DNA of 64,000 nucleotides from an uncultured candidate division WWE3 bacterium. GTDB lineage: Bacteria; Patescibacteriota; WWE3; UBA101185; UBA10185. The first letter of the stretch is position 1; each line of letters opens with the position of its first letter. The stretch covers positions 177,816 through 241,815 of the forward strand of contig CAVXUZ010000005.1 of NCBI GenBank assembly GCA_963765125.1, in the 5' to 3' direction. Made by a program: the position numbers and the translations under genes. The notes under the pieces are model-generated. The model ran no database searches. It was given only the letters and a program-made list of their open reading frames with translations, and was not told the origin of the DNA. This document shows, in pieces, positions 9,133 through 18,596 of this stretch.

Positions 9133-10041
9133 CTATATGTACCTATATAACTTATTCACAATAATCAAGCCATAGTGCTTAGTACCTGCGCAAACGACCG
9201 GTGTTTGATGATTCCAGTCGTAAGTGCCTGCTCGTTTGTTGTAAGACGCCCAGATATTCACACAGAATGGTTTATCAACTTTATATGGATTAATAACAAA
9301 CCCACCTGCGCCGGAGATCAACTTATATGCTGCTCCGAGCTCATGGTGTTTTTGAGACAAACTAATCTGAGCATTGACTGAGCCGTCTGACACACACGCC
9401 ATTTCGTATGCAGCCGATCCGGGATTTCGTAAATATCCTTTTTCCATTCCAAACGCGTTCATAACTGCTGATCTTGTTTGAGGATAGTACATGTCTGCAA
9501 CGATGATTTGCGATCCTAAATTGACTAAATCTTCTTTTGCAGTAATTGCATACTCCTGTTTACTATCCAGTGTTCTAGCGACTCTTGTTCTACGGTTTTT
9601 ATCAGCAACCCAATTAGCGCCAGTTCTGTAATCCATAACACCCGCGGCAAGAATATCATTAAAAAAGATATCATCTCCAGCAGTTACTAGGGCAATTGTA
9701 ATTGCAACTGAATATGGAAATCCATCTGTGGCTTTTGCTTTTTCAAAATCAAGGGAAGCATCAAGAGGATCAATTGCAACAAGTACAAATTTACTATTTG
9801 CAGTATTGCAGTGATATTCAGGATCAAGTCCCTCAATAATTGTTGCACCACACCATTTTAATGAAGAAAAGTACTCTAAATAAAGTTCACCAAGAATACG
9901 GTCTGCTTTAATTTCACGATCATTGTGAAGATCGCCTGAAGCAACACCTTTCTTAATGACGTTCCTTCCTTCATCATTTTTTAATTCGCGTATTTTGCTG
10001 TATCCCAGCCGGAAAGCTTGTTGTAAAGCTTCTGTATACAT
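9133..10041 (-). CDS. inositol monophosphatase / FBPase (FIG) superfamily phosphatase
   Basis: DLHNDREIKADRIL (the DLVTxxDRxxE-like metal-binding motif), VLVAIDPLDASLDF (DPxDGT-like), GSAAYEMACVSDG and HELGAAYKLISGAGG (WDxAAG/EAGG-like region) in canonical order. The coding DNA is visibly GC-richer than its flanks. Confidence 0.55.
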   Translation of the reverse strand: MYTEALQQAFRLGYSKIRELKNDEGRNVIKKGVASGDLHNDREIKADRILGELYLEYFSSLKWCGATIIEGLDPEYHCNTANSKFVLVAIDPLDASLDFEKAKATDGFPYSVAITIALVTAGDDIFFNDILAAGVMDYRTGANWVADKNRRTRVARTLDSKQEYAITAKEDLVNLGSQIIVADMYYPQTRSAVMNAFGMEKGYLRNPGSAAYEMACVSDGSVNAQISLSQKHHELGAAYKLISGAGGFVINPYKVDKPFCVNIWASYNKRAGTYDWNHQTPVVCAGTKHYGLIIVNKLYRYI

Positions 10042-10082
10042 GATTTCGTCTCCTTATATGCGTATTTGTGTGAGATTATACC

Positions 10083-10118
10083 ACAAAAAATGAGCACCCC
10101 CTGCCAGGGTGCTCATCT
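10083..10118 (-). terminator. rho-independent terminator of the two-component/Spy-like operon
   Basis: Perfect 9-10-bp stem atgagcacc/ggtgctcat with a 9-nt loop, followed by a U-run on the minus strand (aaaaaa on the plus strand at 10085-10090). Confidence 0.5.
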
Positions 10119-10144
10119 TAAGCCTGCCAAGACTTGTTCTGCTG

Positions 10145-10594
10145 TTAGAATCCTTTCGGACCCATACCGTTTAAATCTCCCCTTCCGTTACCCATTCCTC
10201 TTGGTGCACCCATGATGTTTCTTAGGTCAAGGTTTTCAGAATCTGCCCAATTCTGCATTTCTTCTCTAATTGATGTCATTTCGTCTCTTTTTTCTTGTAT
10301 ACGATTGTGATACTCAAGGATTTTTGTTTTTTGATCTTCTGTTATGCTCCCCTCGGTAGCAGCCTTGTTTAATCTTTCGTTAAACGTGTTTTGCATCTCT
10401 TGCTGTCTTTCAGCTCTTAGTTCGGTAAAAGTTGTGTTTACATCTTCTTTCTTGATGTTAAATTTTGTCATCAATCTATTTACGAATGGTGAGAAAATAT
10501 TATCTTCCTCAGCGTAAACTGACTTTGTACCAACTAGCGATACTGTGAGAACTAGAGCAGCGAGTGAGCCTAGTATAATTGTTGTTTTTTTCAT
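10145..10594 (-). CDS. secreted Spy/CpxP/ZraP-like periplasmic protein (putative envelope-stress chaperone or TCS accessory)
   Basis: Signal peptide, charged helical coiled-coil-like body (TFTELRAERQQEMQNTFNERL...) and a Gly-rich C-terminus (GMGNGRGDLNGMGPKGF). Last gene of the RR-HK operon, as cpxP/zraP-type genes are arranged. Confidence 0.35.
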   Translation of the reverse strand: MKKTTIILGSLAALVLTVSLVGTKSVYAEEDNIFSPFVNRLMTKFNIKKEDVNTTFTELRAERQQEMQNTFNERLNKAATEGSITEDQKTKILEYHNRIQEKRDEMTSIREEMQNWADSENLDLRNIMGAPRGMGNGRGDLNGMGPKGF

Positions 10595-10660
10595 AACTAC
10601 ACCTCCTTATAAATTAATTATTTACTTCACAAATAATATAAGTATTGTCTGAGATATAGC

Positions 10661-11692
10661 TTAAGAAAGCGGTAGGATAACTGTAAAAGTTGAACCTTTA
10701 TTGATAGTAGATTCTGCTTTAATACATCCACGATGTAATTCAACAATATTTTTAGCAATGGAAAGTCCCAAACCAAACCCTTTGTATTCATTTTTTGATC
10801 TTGATTTGTCTGCGCGGTAAAACCTTTCGAATATGTGCTCGAGTTGCGATTTTTCTATACCTACACCGCTGTCAGTTACTGTAATGACGGCGTTTTTACC
10901 CCTCTGTATGAGTTTAATATCAATCTCTGAGTTTTCTTTACTGTATTTAACAGCATTATCTAACAACACAGTTGCAAGTTCTCCAATACTTCTCTCATTT
11001 GCTTTAATTTGTAAGTCAGCTAAATTAGAAATGAGTTTAATATTTTTTACACTAGCTTGTTTATTTATCGAAGATATAGATTTCTCTAAAACTTCTCTCA
11101 AATTAATCACGCTTTTTTCAAGTTTAGAATTAATTCCTTGATAATAATTCTCTGCTAATAAATCTTCTGTTAGATTTTGAAGTTTGTTTACTTCATCTAG
11201 ATTACTTTGCAGTAATTCTCTATTTTGTATTTTTTTGTCCCTTAAGCTAACCTCAATTTCTGTTTTCAACGCGGTTACAGGTGTTTTTAATTCGTGTGCA
11301 GCATCTGAAATAAATTGTTTTTGAGAATTCAAAACTTTTTCAATTGGTTTTAATGTTTTACCGGCTAAAAAATAACCTAAGGCTGCTGAGCCAACAATAA
11401 TTGCTAAATTAATCTTTATGAGTGTATTTTTTAAATCACTGTGAATTTCCAAGAGCGTATTTTCTTCAAACATTGGGTTTCTAGGTTGTCTATTATCAAC
11501 AATTCCAGTAGATGGTGGAAATATCTTATCAAGTAGTTCTTTGCGCTGCTCCATACGCTCTTGCTGAAATAAAAGCGCTCTACGTGTAGACATCACGGTA
11601 TTGCTATAAATAAAGATGCTGAATATTAGTGAAACTGAAGAAATCACCAACACATACCAAACTGTTAATTTTAATTTAGCGTCTGTAAACAT
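10661..11692 (-). CDS. sensor histidine kinase (HisKA + HATPase_c), two TM segments
   Basis: H-box AAHELKTP. N, G1 and G2 boxes (DSGVGI...GFGLGLSI). The start overlaps the response-regulator stop. Confidence 0.85.
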   Translation of the reverse strand: MFTDAKLKLTVWYVLVISSVSLIFSIFIYSNTVMSTRRALLFQQERMEQRKELLDKIFPPSTGIVDNRQPRNPMFEENTLLEIHSDLKNTLIKINLAIIVGSAALGYFLAGKTLKPIEKVLNSQKQFISDAAHELKTPVTALKTEIEVSLRDKKIQNRELLQSNLDEVNKLQNLTEDLLAENYYQGINSKLEKSVINLREVLEKSISSINKQASVKNIKLISNLADLQIKANERSIGELATVLLDNAVKYSKENSEIDIKLIQRGKNAVITVTDSGVGIEKSQLEHIFERFYRADKSRSKNEYKGFGLGLSIAKNIVELHRGCIKAESTINKGSTFTVILPLS

Positions 11693-12360
11693 TATTCTGA
11701 TACCTTATAACCAAAACCACGAACTGTCTTAATATAATTTGTCTTAAACGGCCTGTCTATTTTTTGTCTTAAATATCTAATATATACCTCTACTGTATTT
11801 GGCAAAATATCTGATTCAAAACTCCAAACGCTCTCCATTATTTGATCTTTACTCATAACGTGATCTTTGTGTCGCATTAAATATTCAAGCAATGCAAACT
11901 CTTTTTTTGTAAGTAAAACGTCGAGACCATTTATTTTTACAGTTGAATTAGTTAAATCTAATGACAACTCTCCGATAGCAAGTAACTCATCTGTGTATTG
12001 ACGTGGCCTTCGCGAAATTGCTTTAACTCGCGCGAGCAGCTCCTCAAACTCAAATGGTTTTGTAAGATAATCGTCAGCACCAATATTTAAACCGTCTACT
12101 TTGTCTCTCAGCTGACTTTTAGCTGTAAGCATTAGTATTGGTGTGGTGATTTTATCTGCTCTTAGAGAAGTACAAATCTCTTCGCCGGGCATCGAAGGTA
12201 GCATTAAATCCAAAATTATAATGTCATAGGTTTCTGATGACGCTAAATCATAACCCTCTTCTCCGTCATAAGAAACATCAACTATATGGTTTTCTTGCTC
12301 AAGGCCTTTTTTAATAGAGTTCGCTATTTTAATGTCATCTTCAACTACTAAAATCTTCAT
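11692..12360 (-). CDS. OmpR-family response regulator
   Basis: Receiver domain (MKILVVEDD...ILDLMLP...K) plus a winged-helix C-terminus (ALLEYLMRH...RGFGYKV). Confidence 0.9.
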   Translation of the reverse strand: MKILVVEDDIKIANSIKKGLEQENHIVDVSYDGEEGYDLASSETYDIIILDLMLPSMPGEEICTSLRADKITTPILMLTAKSQLRDKVDGLNIGADDYLTKPFEFEELLARVKAISRRPRQYTDELLAIGELSLDLTNSTVKINGLDVLLTKKEFALLEYLMRHKDHVMSKDQIMESVWSFESDILPNTVEVYIRYLRQKIDRPFKTNYIKTVRGFGYKVSE

Positions 12361-12422
12361 AGCTACTATTATAGACGTAAAACTGAGTTTAATCTGAGAT
12401 TAGTCATTGAGCCCTATAGTGT

Positions 12423-12451
12423 TTGACGTAATACTAGTTATAGGTTATAAT
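12423..12451 (+). promoter_or_regulatory. candidate sigma70-type promoter (TTGACG - 17 nt - TATAAT)
   Basis: Consensus -35 at 12423-12428 and perfect -10 at 12446-12451 with a 17-nt spacer. It sits ~150 nt upstream of the 12603 start with a structured leader in between. Confidence 0.4.
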
Positions 12452-12602
12452 TCCACAGTTCTTTAAAAATATCTCCTGTCTGATGCGAAGAACGACAAGA
12501 GTATATCGTTTGTACTGATACTGGGCAGGATCAAGTATAAGCGGTATGCACTTGTCGTTTTTCTAGACAAATCAAAAATAATCAGACAAAAGGAGAGAAA
12601 TA

Positions 12603-13514
12603 ATGAGCGGCTATAATGATGACAGAAACAGTGCTTGGTTTAAAGCAAAGGGTCCGGCAATGCCGAGAGTTATTCAGTCACTTAGGGATCTACCAATTCC
12701 CCTGTTAAGAAAACTCGAGGATATTCGAATTAGTTCTGAATTAAAACAAAACTTTGCACCTGGGTATGTCCTTCGGCTTGGTGGAATGATCGAGCACCTA
12801 TTTGGTGTCAGCCAGGTGATGACGATGTGGAAGAAAAACGCTGATGAAAGCTATTCTCCATTCAGTCCTCAGCTAGTAACCAGCATTCCTCCAGCGCAGG
12901 CAATATTTTCGGTTGTCGACATTGAGACCGATCCAAAGATTATCTTTCTGAAAAAGGCAAGAGATCTCTGCCTGCAAGAAGAGTATGCCATGGTTTTTTG
13001 GAATGAGGGGTTAACACCCGAGCCAATGGCTGTTAAAGATTACATGGGAAGTGTCCACCCAGAGTTTCCAAGGGGCGCTCTTGCAGACGGTGTAGGTTTT
13101 AAAACTACCCCAGAAGCTGAACAGGAACTTGGATTAAAAACGAAATACTTTATCCGAATTCCAGGCGCAAATCCAGACCCCGGACAGATGATGTCACCTA
13201 TCCCTTACAGGATAGCTTTCATGAGTGCTGAAAAAGAGGCGCTGGATGTTGACGGCGAAGCCGATATGATCAAGGGTTTGTTAGTAGTAAAACCGGAAGC
13301 GTTGTTCAAACAATTGGACACGTATGACGGAATTACACAAAGCCAGGTCTTCGCTTCTATTAGGTACATTGTGTATGAGTTTAATAAAGACACAGAGGTA
13401 CTTGATGGCCAGGGTAACAAGATTGAACTATCTGATGAAGAAATTATGAAAATTCGCATGGTTTTCATCAGGATCCTGCAAGGCCCGCTTGACGATTTAA
13501 AAGCGGATTGTTAG
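12603..13514 (+). CDS. hypothetical protein (no recognised family), compositionally atypical (GC-richer)
   Basis: 303-aa ORF with a strong SD (aaaaggagagaaataATG). The coding DNA looks ~10 points higher in GC than neighbouring genes. No motif match. Confidence 0.5.
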   Translation: MSGYNDDRNSAWFKAKGPAMPRVIQSLRDLPIPLLRKLEDIRISSELKQNFAPGYVLRLGGMIEHLFGVSQVMTMWKKNADESYSPFSPQLVTSIPPAQAIFSVVDIETDPKIIFLKKARDLCLQEEYAMVFWNEGLTPEPMAVKDYMGSVHPEFPRGALADGVGFKTTPEAEQELGLKTKYFIRIPGANPDPGQMMSPIPYRIAFMSAEKEALDVDGEADMIKGLLVVKPEALFKQLDTYDGITQSQVFASIRYIVYEFNKDTEVLDGQGNKIELSDEEIMKIRMVFIRILQGPLDDLKADC

Positions 13515-13525
13515 GAAATAGCTAT

Positions 13526-13565
13526 AAACTCCCTATAAACAAAAAGTTTAAGGGAGTTTTTTTTG
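13526..13565 (+). terminator. rho-independent terminator
   Basis: aaactccct / agggagttt 9-bp stem followed by T7. Confidence 0.5.
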
Positions 13566-13629
13566 CTTAAAAACATGTCTAAAGTTATAATGAACATTGT
13601 TGTCGTAAGTATTTAGATTAAGGAGAATA

Positions 13630-14766
13630 ATGCCAAGTAAACTAAAAAAGATATATAAAGGTAGAAAAGTACTAGTAACAGGACATACAGGTTTTAAAGG
13701 AACTTGGCTAACTGTTTGGTTAACAAAACTTGGCGCCGATGTTGCAGGTTTTAGTTTAGACGAATTACCAACAGAACCTTCTAATTACGCGCTTTCTCAC
13801 GTTGCAGATAAGATTAAAGACTACAGAGGCGACATAAGAAATTTTAAAGATATTGACGCAGTTATTAAAAAACACAAACCAGAAATTATATTTCACTTAG
13901 CAGCACAGCCGATTTTATTAAAATCCTACGATGACCCTAAAACTACATTTGATACAAATGCAGGTGGTACTGTTAATGTTCTAGAAGCAGTAAGACAAAA
14001 CGAATGTGTTAAAGCATTAGTCAGCATTACAACAGACAAAGTATATAAAAATAAAGAATGGGTATGGGGATACAGAGAGACTGACCAGCTAGGCGATACT
14101 GATCCATACGCTGCAAGTAAAGCTATGGCAGAGCACGCAATAGAATCTTATAGATATTCATTTTTTAGAGATCAGGGTTTAGGAGATAGACGAGTTGCAG
14201 TCGCAGCTACTAGAGCAGGTAATGTTATTGGGGGTGGTGATTTTGCTGATTTTAGAATTATTCCAGATTGTATTAGAGCCTTATTAAACGGTAGTCCAAT
14301 AGAAATACGAAACCCAGAAAGCGTACGCCCATGGCAATTAGTACTCGAGCCGTTAAGCGGTTATCTTTGGGTGGGCGCAAAACTTCTAGAAGATCCACAG
14401 GGTGGTTATGACCGACCTTGGAACTTTGGACCATTAAGCACTCACGGAGTGAAGGTAAGAGATGTAGCCGATTTAATGGTAAAACTTTGGGAAAATGGTA
14501 AATGGGTTGATGTGAGTAAAGAAAATGCACCAAAAGAGTCTAAGCTTCTAATGTTAGATTGGTCGGCAGCGCATAACTATCTAAAATGGCGTCCTGTTTA
14601 CAATTATCAAGAGACAATGGAAGAAGTTGTAACTTGGTTTAAGGAATACGCAAAGCAAAAAGAAGCTAATGAAGACAAAATCGATATGTTTGACGTAACA
14701 AGCGCCCATATAGATAAATATGTGAAAAGAGCAAAAGAGCTTGATATTGAGTGGGCTGTAGATTAA
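13630..14766 (+). CDS. rfbG: CDP-glucose 4,6-dehydratase
   Basis: VLVTGHTGFKGTWL is the hallmark RfbG N-terminal Rossmann motif. YxxxK (YAASKAM). The length of 378 aa fits. Confidence 0.85.
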   Translation: MPSKLKKIYKGRKVLVTGHTGFKGTWLTVWLTKLGADVAGFSLDELPTEPSNYALSHVADKIKDYRGDIRNFKDIDAVIKKHKPEIIFHLAAQPILLKSYDDPKTTFDTNAGGTVNVLEAVRQNECVKALVSITTDKVYKNKEWVWGYRETDQLGDTDPYAASKAMAEHAIESYRYSFFRDQGLGDRRVAVAATRAGNVIGGGDFADFRIIPDCIRALLNGSPIEIRNPESVRPWQLVLEPLSGYLWVGAKLLEDPQGGYDRPWNFGPLSTHGVKVRDVADLMVKLWENGKWVDVSKENAPKESKLLMLDWSAAHNYLKWRPVYNYQETMEEVVTWFKEYAKQKEANEDKIDMFDVTSAHIDKYVKRAKELDIEWAVD

Positions 14767-14806
14767 AAAGAAAAAGCTCACATTTCTGTAAGCTTTTTTT
14801 GAACTA

Positions 14807-15211
14807 TTATTCTTCGGAAATCACTGTAGTAGAGCCACCGTTAGAAATACCAATCGCAAGATATGTGCAGGTATATTTGGAAATGTTCTTCATACTATGA
14901 ACTTCATAGGGTTCGACAATGATTAACATCCCAGGTTGGACTTTAAATTCTTTCTTATCCACCTCCATTAGTGATTCACCTGAGAGAATGTAAAAAATCT
15001 CAGTCATTCCGAGTTTCTTATTACCGTGTTTGTGTTTTGAGACGAATCCACCAGCTTTTAATTCTGCGTAGTTGACCATAGCAAGTTTTCCGGTGATTAG
15101 ATGATCCAGGTCTCTTGCGTGACTAAACAGTACCCTCTTCAGAATAGAATCGTTTCCTTGGTCGTGAGACGTAAGCTCGAGTGGCTGTTCATCAAAGATT
15201 TGAATGTGCAT
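14807..15211 (-). CDS. cupin-fold protein (possible sugar-nucleotide ketoisomerase, FdtA/WxcM-like)
   Basis: 134-aa cupin barrel (HKHGNKKLGMTEIFYILSGE...VQPGMLIIVEPYEVHS), convergent with rfbG inside the sugar-nucleotide cluster. Confidence 0.45.
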   Translation of the reverse strand: MHIQIFDEQPLELTSHDQGNDSILKRVLFSHARDLDHLITGKLAMVNYAELKAGGFVSKHKHGNKKLGMTEIFYILSGESLMEVDKKEFKVQPGMLIIVEPYEVHSMKNISKYTCTYLAIGISNGGSTTVISEE

Positions 15212-15306
15212 GTAATCCTCTCCTTTTTATGATTTTGCCCAATCTACCACATAAAATGGTGCTATTCAACTTTACTAACATAAATTACTGTGATAACGTC
15301 AATTAT

Positions 15307-16113
15307 ATGAAAACTATCATTCTTTGCGGTGGTAAAGGTACAAGGCTCAATGAAGAGACCGAGTTTAAGCCAAAACCCCTTGTCCAAGTCGGTGGAATCC
15401 CCATTTTAGTCCATATTATGAATATTTACGCGTTTTACGGGCATAAGGAGTTCATTTTAGCCCTTGGCTATAAGGGCGAGATGATTAAAGACTATTTTCT
15501 AACCCTTTCAAGATATGAGGATGATTTCGAATACGACATGAAAACCGGCAAAGTCACACATTTTGAAAAACGTATGAACTTTGACTACACGATTATTTTT
15601 GCCGAAACTGGGGCTGAAACGCAATCTGGCGAGCGAGTTAAAATTGCGGCTAAATATGTACCAGAAAATGATCAGAACTTTATGGTTACTTACGGGGATG
15701 GTCTTAGCAGTATTAACGTTAATAAATTAATTGAATTTCATAAAGATCAAGAAAAGCGACACGGTGTGTATGCAACAATTTCAGCTGTTCATCCTACTTC
15801 TACTTTTGGTAGGGTGAGCTACAACAATGATGAGGTTGTTACAGTTTTTCAAGAAAAACAACCGATTTTTGAAGATTACATTAACGGTGGATTTCAGGTT
15901 TTTAATCGTAAAGCACTTGATTACATTAAAGAAGGCGAGATGCTTGAAGGTGGGTGCTTGAGCAGACTTACAAAAGAAAAGAAGCTTGCATTGTATAGAC
16001 ATGCAGGTTATTGGAAGAGTATGGACACAATGAAGGATTATCTTGAACTGAACGAGGAGTGGAAAAAAGAAAAACCTTGGGCCGTATGGGAAAAAGGTCG
16101 CGGAGTTAAGTAG
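15307..16113 (+). CDS. rfbF: glucose-1-phosphate cytidylyltransferase
   Basis: MKTIILCGGKGTRLNEETEFKPKPLVQVGGIPILVHIM matches the RfbF N-terminus. The start is trimmed from the track ORF (15181) to the first ATG after the upstream cupin gene. Confidence 0.85.
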   Translation: MKTIILCGGKGTRLNEETEFKPKPLVQVGGIPILVHIMNIYAFYGHKEFILALGYKGEMIKDYFLTLSRYEDDFEYDMKTGKVTHFEKRMNFDYTIIFAETGAETQSGERVKIAAKYVPENDQNFMVTYGDGLSSINVNKLIEFHKDQEKRHGVYATISAVHPTSTFGRVSYNNDEVVTVFQEKQPIFEDYINGGFQVFNRKALDYIKEGEMLEGGCLSRLTKEKKLALYRHAGYWKSMDTMKDYLELNEEWKKEKPWAVWEKGRGVK

Positions 16114-16114
16114 C

Positions 16115-16681
16115 ATGATATTTACAGAAACATTTATAAAGGGGTTGTATACGATAGAACTCGATAAACGCGGTGATGACCGCGGTTTTTTTGCGAGAGC
16201 ATTTTGCGTAAATGAATACAACGCCAACAATTTAGATCCCAAGATTGTTCAGATGAATAACTCGTTTACAGGAGAAAAACTCACTTTACGAGGGATGCAT
16301 TATCAGTTAGCTCCTAAATGCGAGGTACGAATAGTGCGATGTTTGAAAGGTAGACTATTTGATATGTCTTTAGATTTAAGACCTAACTCCCCTACTTTTG
16401 GACAATCTTTTGGCACAGAGCTTAACGCTGAAAATAGAAAAATGATGTATATACCAAAAGGTTTTGCACATGGATTTTTAACACTCGATAACGATACGGA
16501 GATGTTTTACATGGTTACTGAGTTTTATGCGCCAGAATTTGAAAGAGTAATAAGATGGGATGATCCCAAATTCAATATGGGCTGGCCAGAAAAACCACTT
16601 CATATCTCAGAAAAAGATGCAAAAGCAGTTGATTTTAATCCGGGCTACCATTTAGAAGGAATGGAGGCATATAACTTATGA
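16115..16681 (+). CDS. RmlC-family sugar-nucleotide 3,5-epimerase
   Basis: 188 aa. The RmlC-fold motifs are present (GFFARAF, LRGMHYQ, KGFAHGF). Confidence 0.75.
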   Translation: MIFTETFIKGLYTIELDKRGDDRGFFARAFCVNEYNANNLDPKIVQMNNSFTGEKLTLRGMHYQLAPKCEVRIVRCLKGRLFDMSLDLRPNSPTFGQSFGTELNAENRKMMYIPKGFAHGFLTLDNDTEMFYMVTEFYAPEFERVIRWDDPKFNMGWPEKPLHISEKDAKAVDFNPGYHLEGMEAYNL

Positions 16682-17464
16682 AAATATTAATTACAGGCGG
16701 TAGTTCATTCACAGGATATTGGTTTATAAAAGAACTTTCGTCAGCGGGACACAAAGTCTATGCAACGTTCACAAAAAAGTTAGATGACTACACAGGCATA
16801 AGAAAACTTAGAGTTGATGAGCTTAAGAAATATTTGTACACCACTAGAAGAATGCGAATTTGGCGATACTAATTTCATTGATTCTATTAAACAAAATAAA
16901 TACGATCTTCTTTGCCACCATATGGCAATGGTCTCTGATTTTAGCTACAGAGCTATGGACTACAATATTCCTAGTGCACTTGAAGAGAGCACAAAGAATA
17001 TCGACCTCGTTATGCAGGCGTTAAAGGACAACGGATGTAAAGCAGTTTTAGTAACAGGTTCAATTTTCGAAGCAGGAGAAGGAAAAGGGCAAGGTTCAGA
17101 TAAGCCAGCCTATCCTTACGCGCTTTCAAAGACATTTACATACGAGGTTGTTAAGTATTATGCAGAGCATTATGGTTTAAATCATGGAAAATTTGTTATT
17201 TCTAATCCATTTGGTCCTATGGAAGAGCCCAAATTCACTTCATACTTGATGCAGACTTGGATTAAAAAAGAAGAAGCGGCTGTAAAAACACCTGAGTATA
17301 TAAGAGACAATATACACGTATCACTATTAGCAAAGATTTATAAAGAATTTGCAGAAGATGTATACAAAAGTAAATCACCACTCAAAATTAATCCCTCTGG
17401 TTACGTTGGAAAACAGGGAGAATTTGCAGAAAGATTTAGGGATGAGATTAAAGAAAAGGTTTGA
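16678..17464 (+). pseudogene. NAD-dependent sugar epimerase/reductase (RmlD/SDR-like) interrupted by a frameshift near 16802-16872
   Basis: Fragment 1 (16678-16872) carries the Rossmann motif ITGGSSFTGYW. Fragment 2 (16814-17464, other frame) carries the catalytic YPYALSK. Together they give a ~280-aa SDR. A third frame at 17349-17618 may hold a displaced C-terminus. Confidence 0.6.
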
Positions 17465-17621
17465 TCTTGAATGTAAATTGGCTTTACTTGAGCAAACAGA
17501 GTTTAGTGAGCCTAAAGAACTTGTAAATACAGACGTACCAAATACGTCAAAATTTAATTTTATTGAAGTAAAGGCTTGGGATGACCTTGCTGACTTCTAT
17601 AGAAAGGTGTATTTTTAAAAA

Positions 17622-18596
17622 ATGGAAGGTAAAAATATAGACAATCACCCATCAGTGGGGATTGCAATTATCACGTATTGGGACAAGAAGCATTTAGAAA
17701 AATGTATTCCCCCACTCTTAAATTCGCCGTTGAAACCAAGAGTAATGGTTTTTAATTCTACCTCAAACGATGGAACCGTCGAAGAGGCTGAGAGGTTGGG
17801 AGCGGAGACATTTGTAATACCACGTAAAAATATGAACCACGGTTCCGCAAGAGAAGCCTGTAGAAAAAGGCTTGGTACAGACATTGTAGTTATGATGACT
17901 CCTGACGCATATGCAGTGGATGAGTTTGCCATAGAAAAACTTGTCAAACCAATTGTAGAAGGAAAGGCATCAGTAGCGTATGGAAGACAGTTACCTCATG
18001 ACGACGCAAATGAGATTGCAAGATTTGGAAGAATGTTTAGTTATCCTGAACAAAGCAACATAAGAGGAATCGAACACGCAGACAAATACGGTTCTTATAC
18101 AGTATTTTGTTCTGACGCGTTTGCAGCATGGTCACAAAAAGCATTAGACGAAGTTGGAGGATTTAGATGGGTTTTAGCAGGTGAAGACACAATTGCAACC
18201 GCGATGCTTCTTAAAAAAGGGCACAAAATCGCATATGTTGCAGAGGCACAAGTAAAACATTCTCATAACTACACGGTAAAGAAAGAATTCTTTAGACACT
18301 TTGATACAGGTATTTATCGAAAACAGTGGGAAAAAGTACTAAACGTAGGTAAGGGAAGCGATCAGGGACGAGGAGTATTATACGCAAAGGGCCTTTTTAA
18401 ATACCTCTGGGGAGTTAATAAAAATATGATACCTAGAGCGTTTGCACAACTCGCAGCAGGATATCTGGGATTCTTGCTTGGTAGATTTGGTTACAAATTG
18501 ATACCAAATGACATTAAGAAAAAGATAAGCCACTCAGAATTCTTTTGGAAATCAGAAGAGTATGCAAATGGTAAGTGGAATGAACCCGCTGAATAG
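17622..18596 (+). CDS. glycosyltransferase, GT2-like (GT-A fold)
   Basis: N-terminal GIAIITYWDKKHLEKCI...NSTSNDGT and a downstream acidic motif are typical of family-2 glycosyltransferases. Confidence 0.5.
   Translation: MEGKNIDNHPSVGIAIITYWDKKHLEKCIPPLLNSPLKPRVMVFNSTSNDGTVEEAERLGAETFVIPRKNMNHGSAREACRKRLGTDIVVMMTPDAYAVDEFAIEKLVKPIVEGKASVAYGRQLPHDDANEIARFGRMFSYPEQSNIRGIEHADKYGSYTVFCSDAFAAWSQKALDEVGGFRWVLAGEDTIATAMLLKKGHKIAYVAEAQVKHSHNYTVKKEFFRHFDTGIYRKQWEKVLNVGKGSDQGRGVLYAKGLFKYLWGVNKNMIPRAFAQLAAGYLGFLLGRFGYKLIPNDIKKKISHSEFFWKSEEYANGKWNEPAE

Noticed and set aside
15181-15306. N-terminal extension of rfbF in the track ORF
   Set aside because: It overlaps the upstream cupin gene, and the conserved RfbF N-terminus begins at MKTIILCGG (15307).
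17349-17618. 89-aa ORF as an independent gene
   Set aside because: It overlaps the 3' end of the frameshifted reductase in another frame and more likely represents its displaced C-terminus. It is mentioned under that finding, not called separately.
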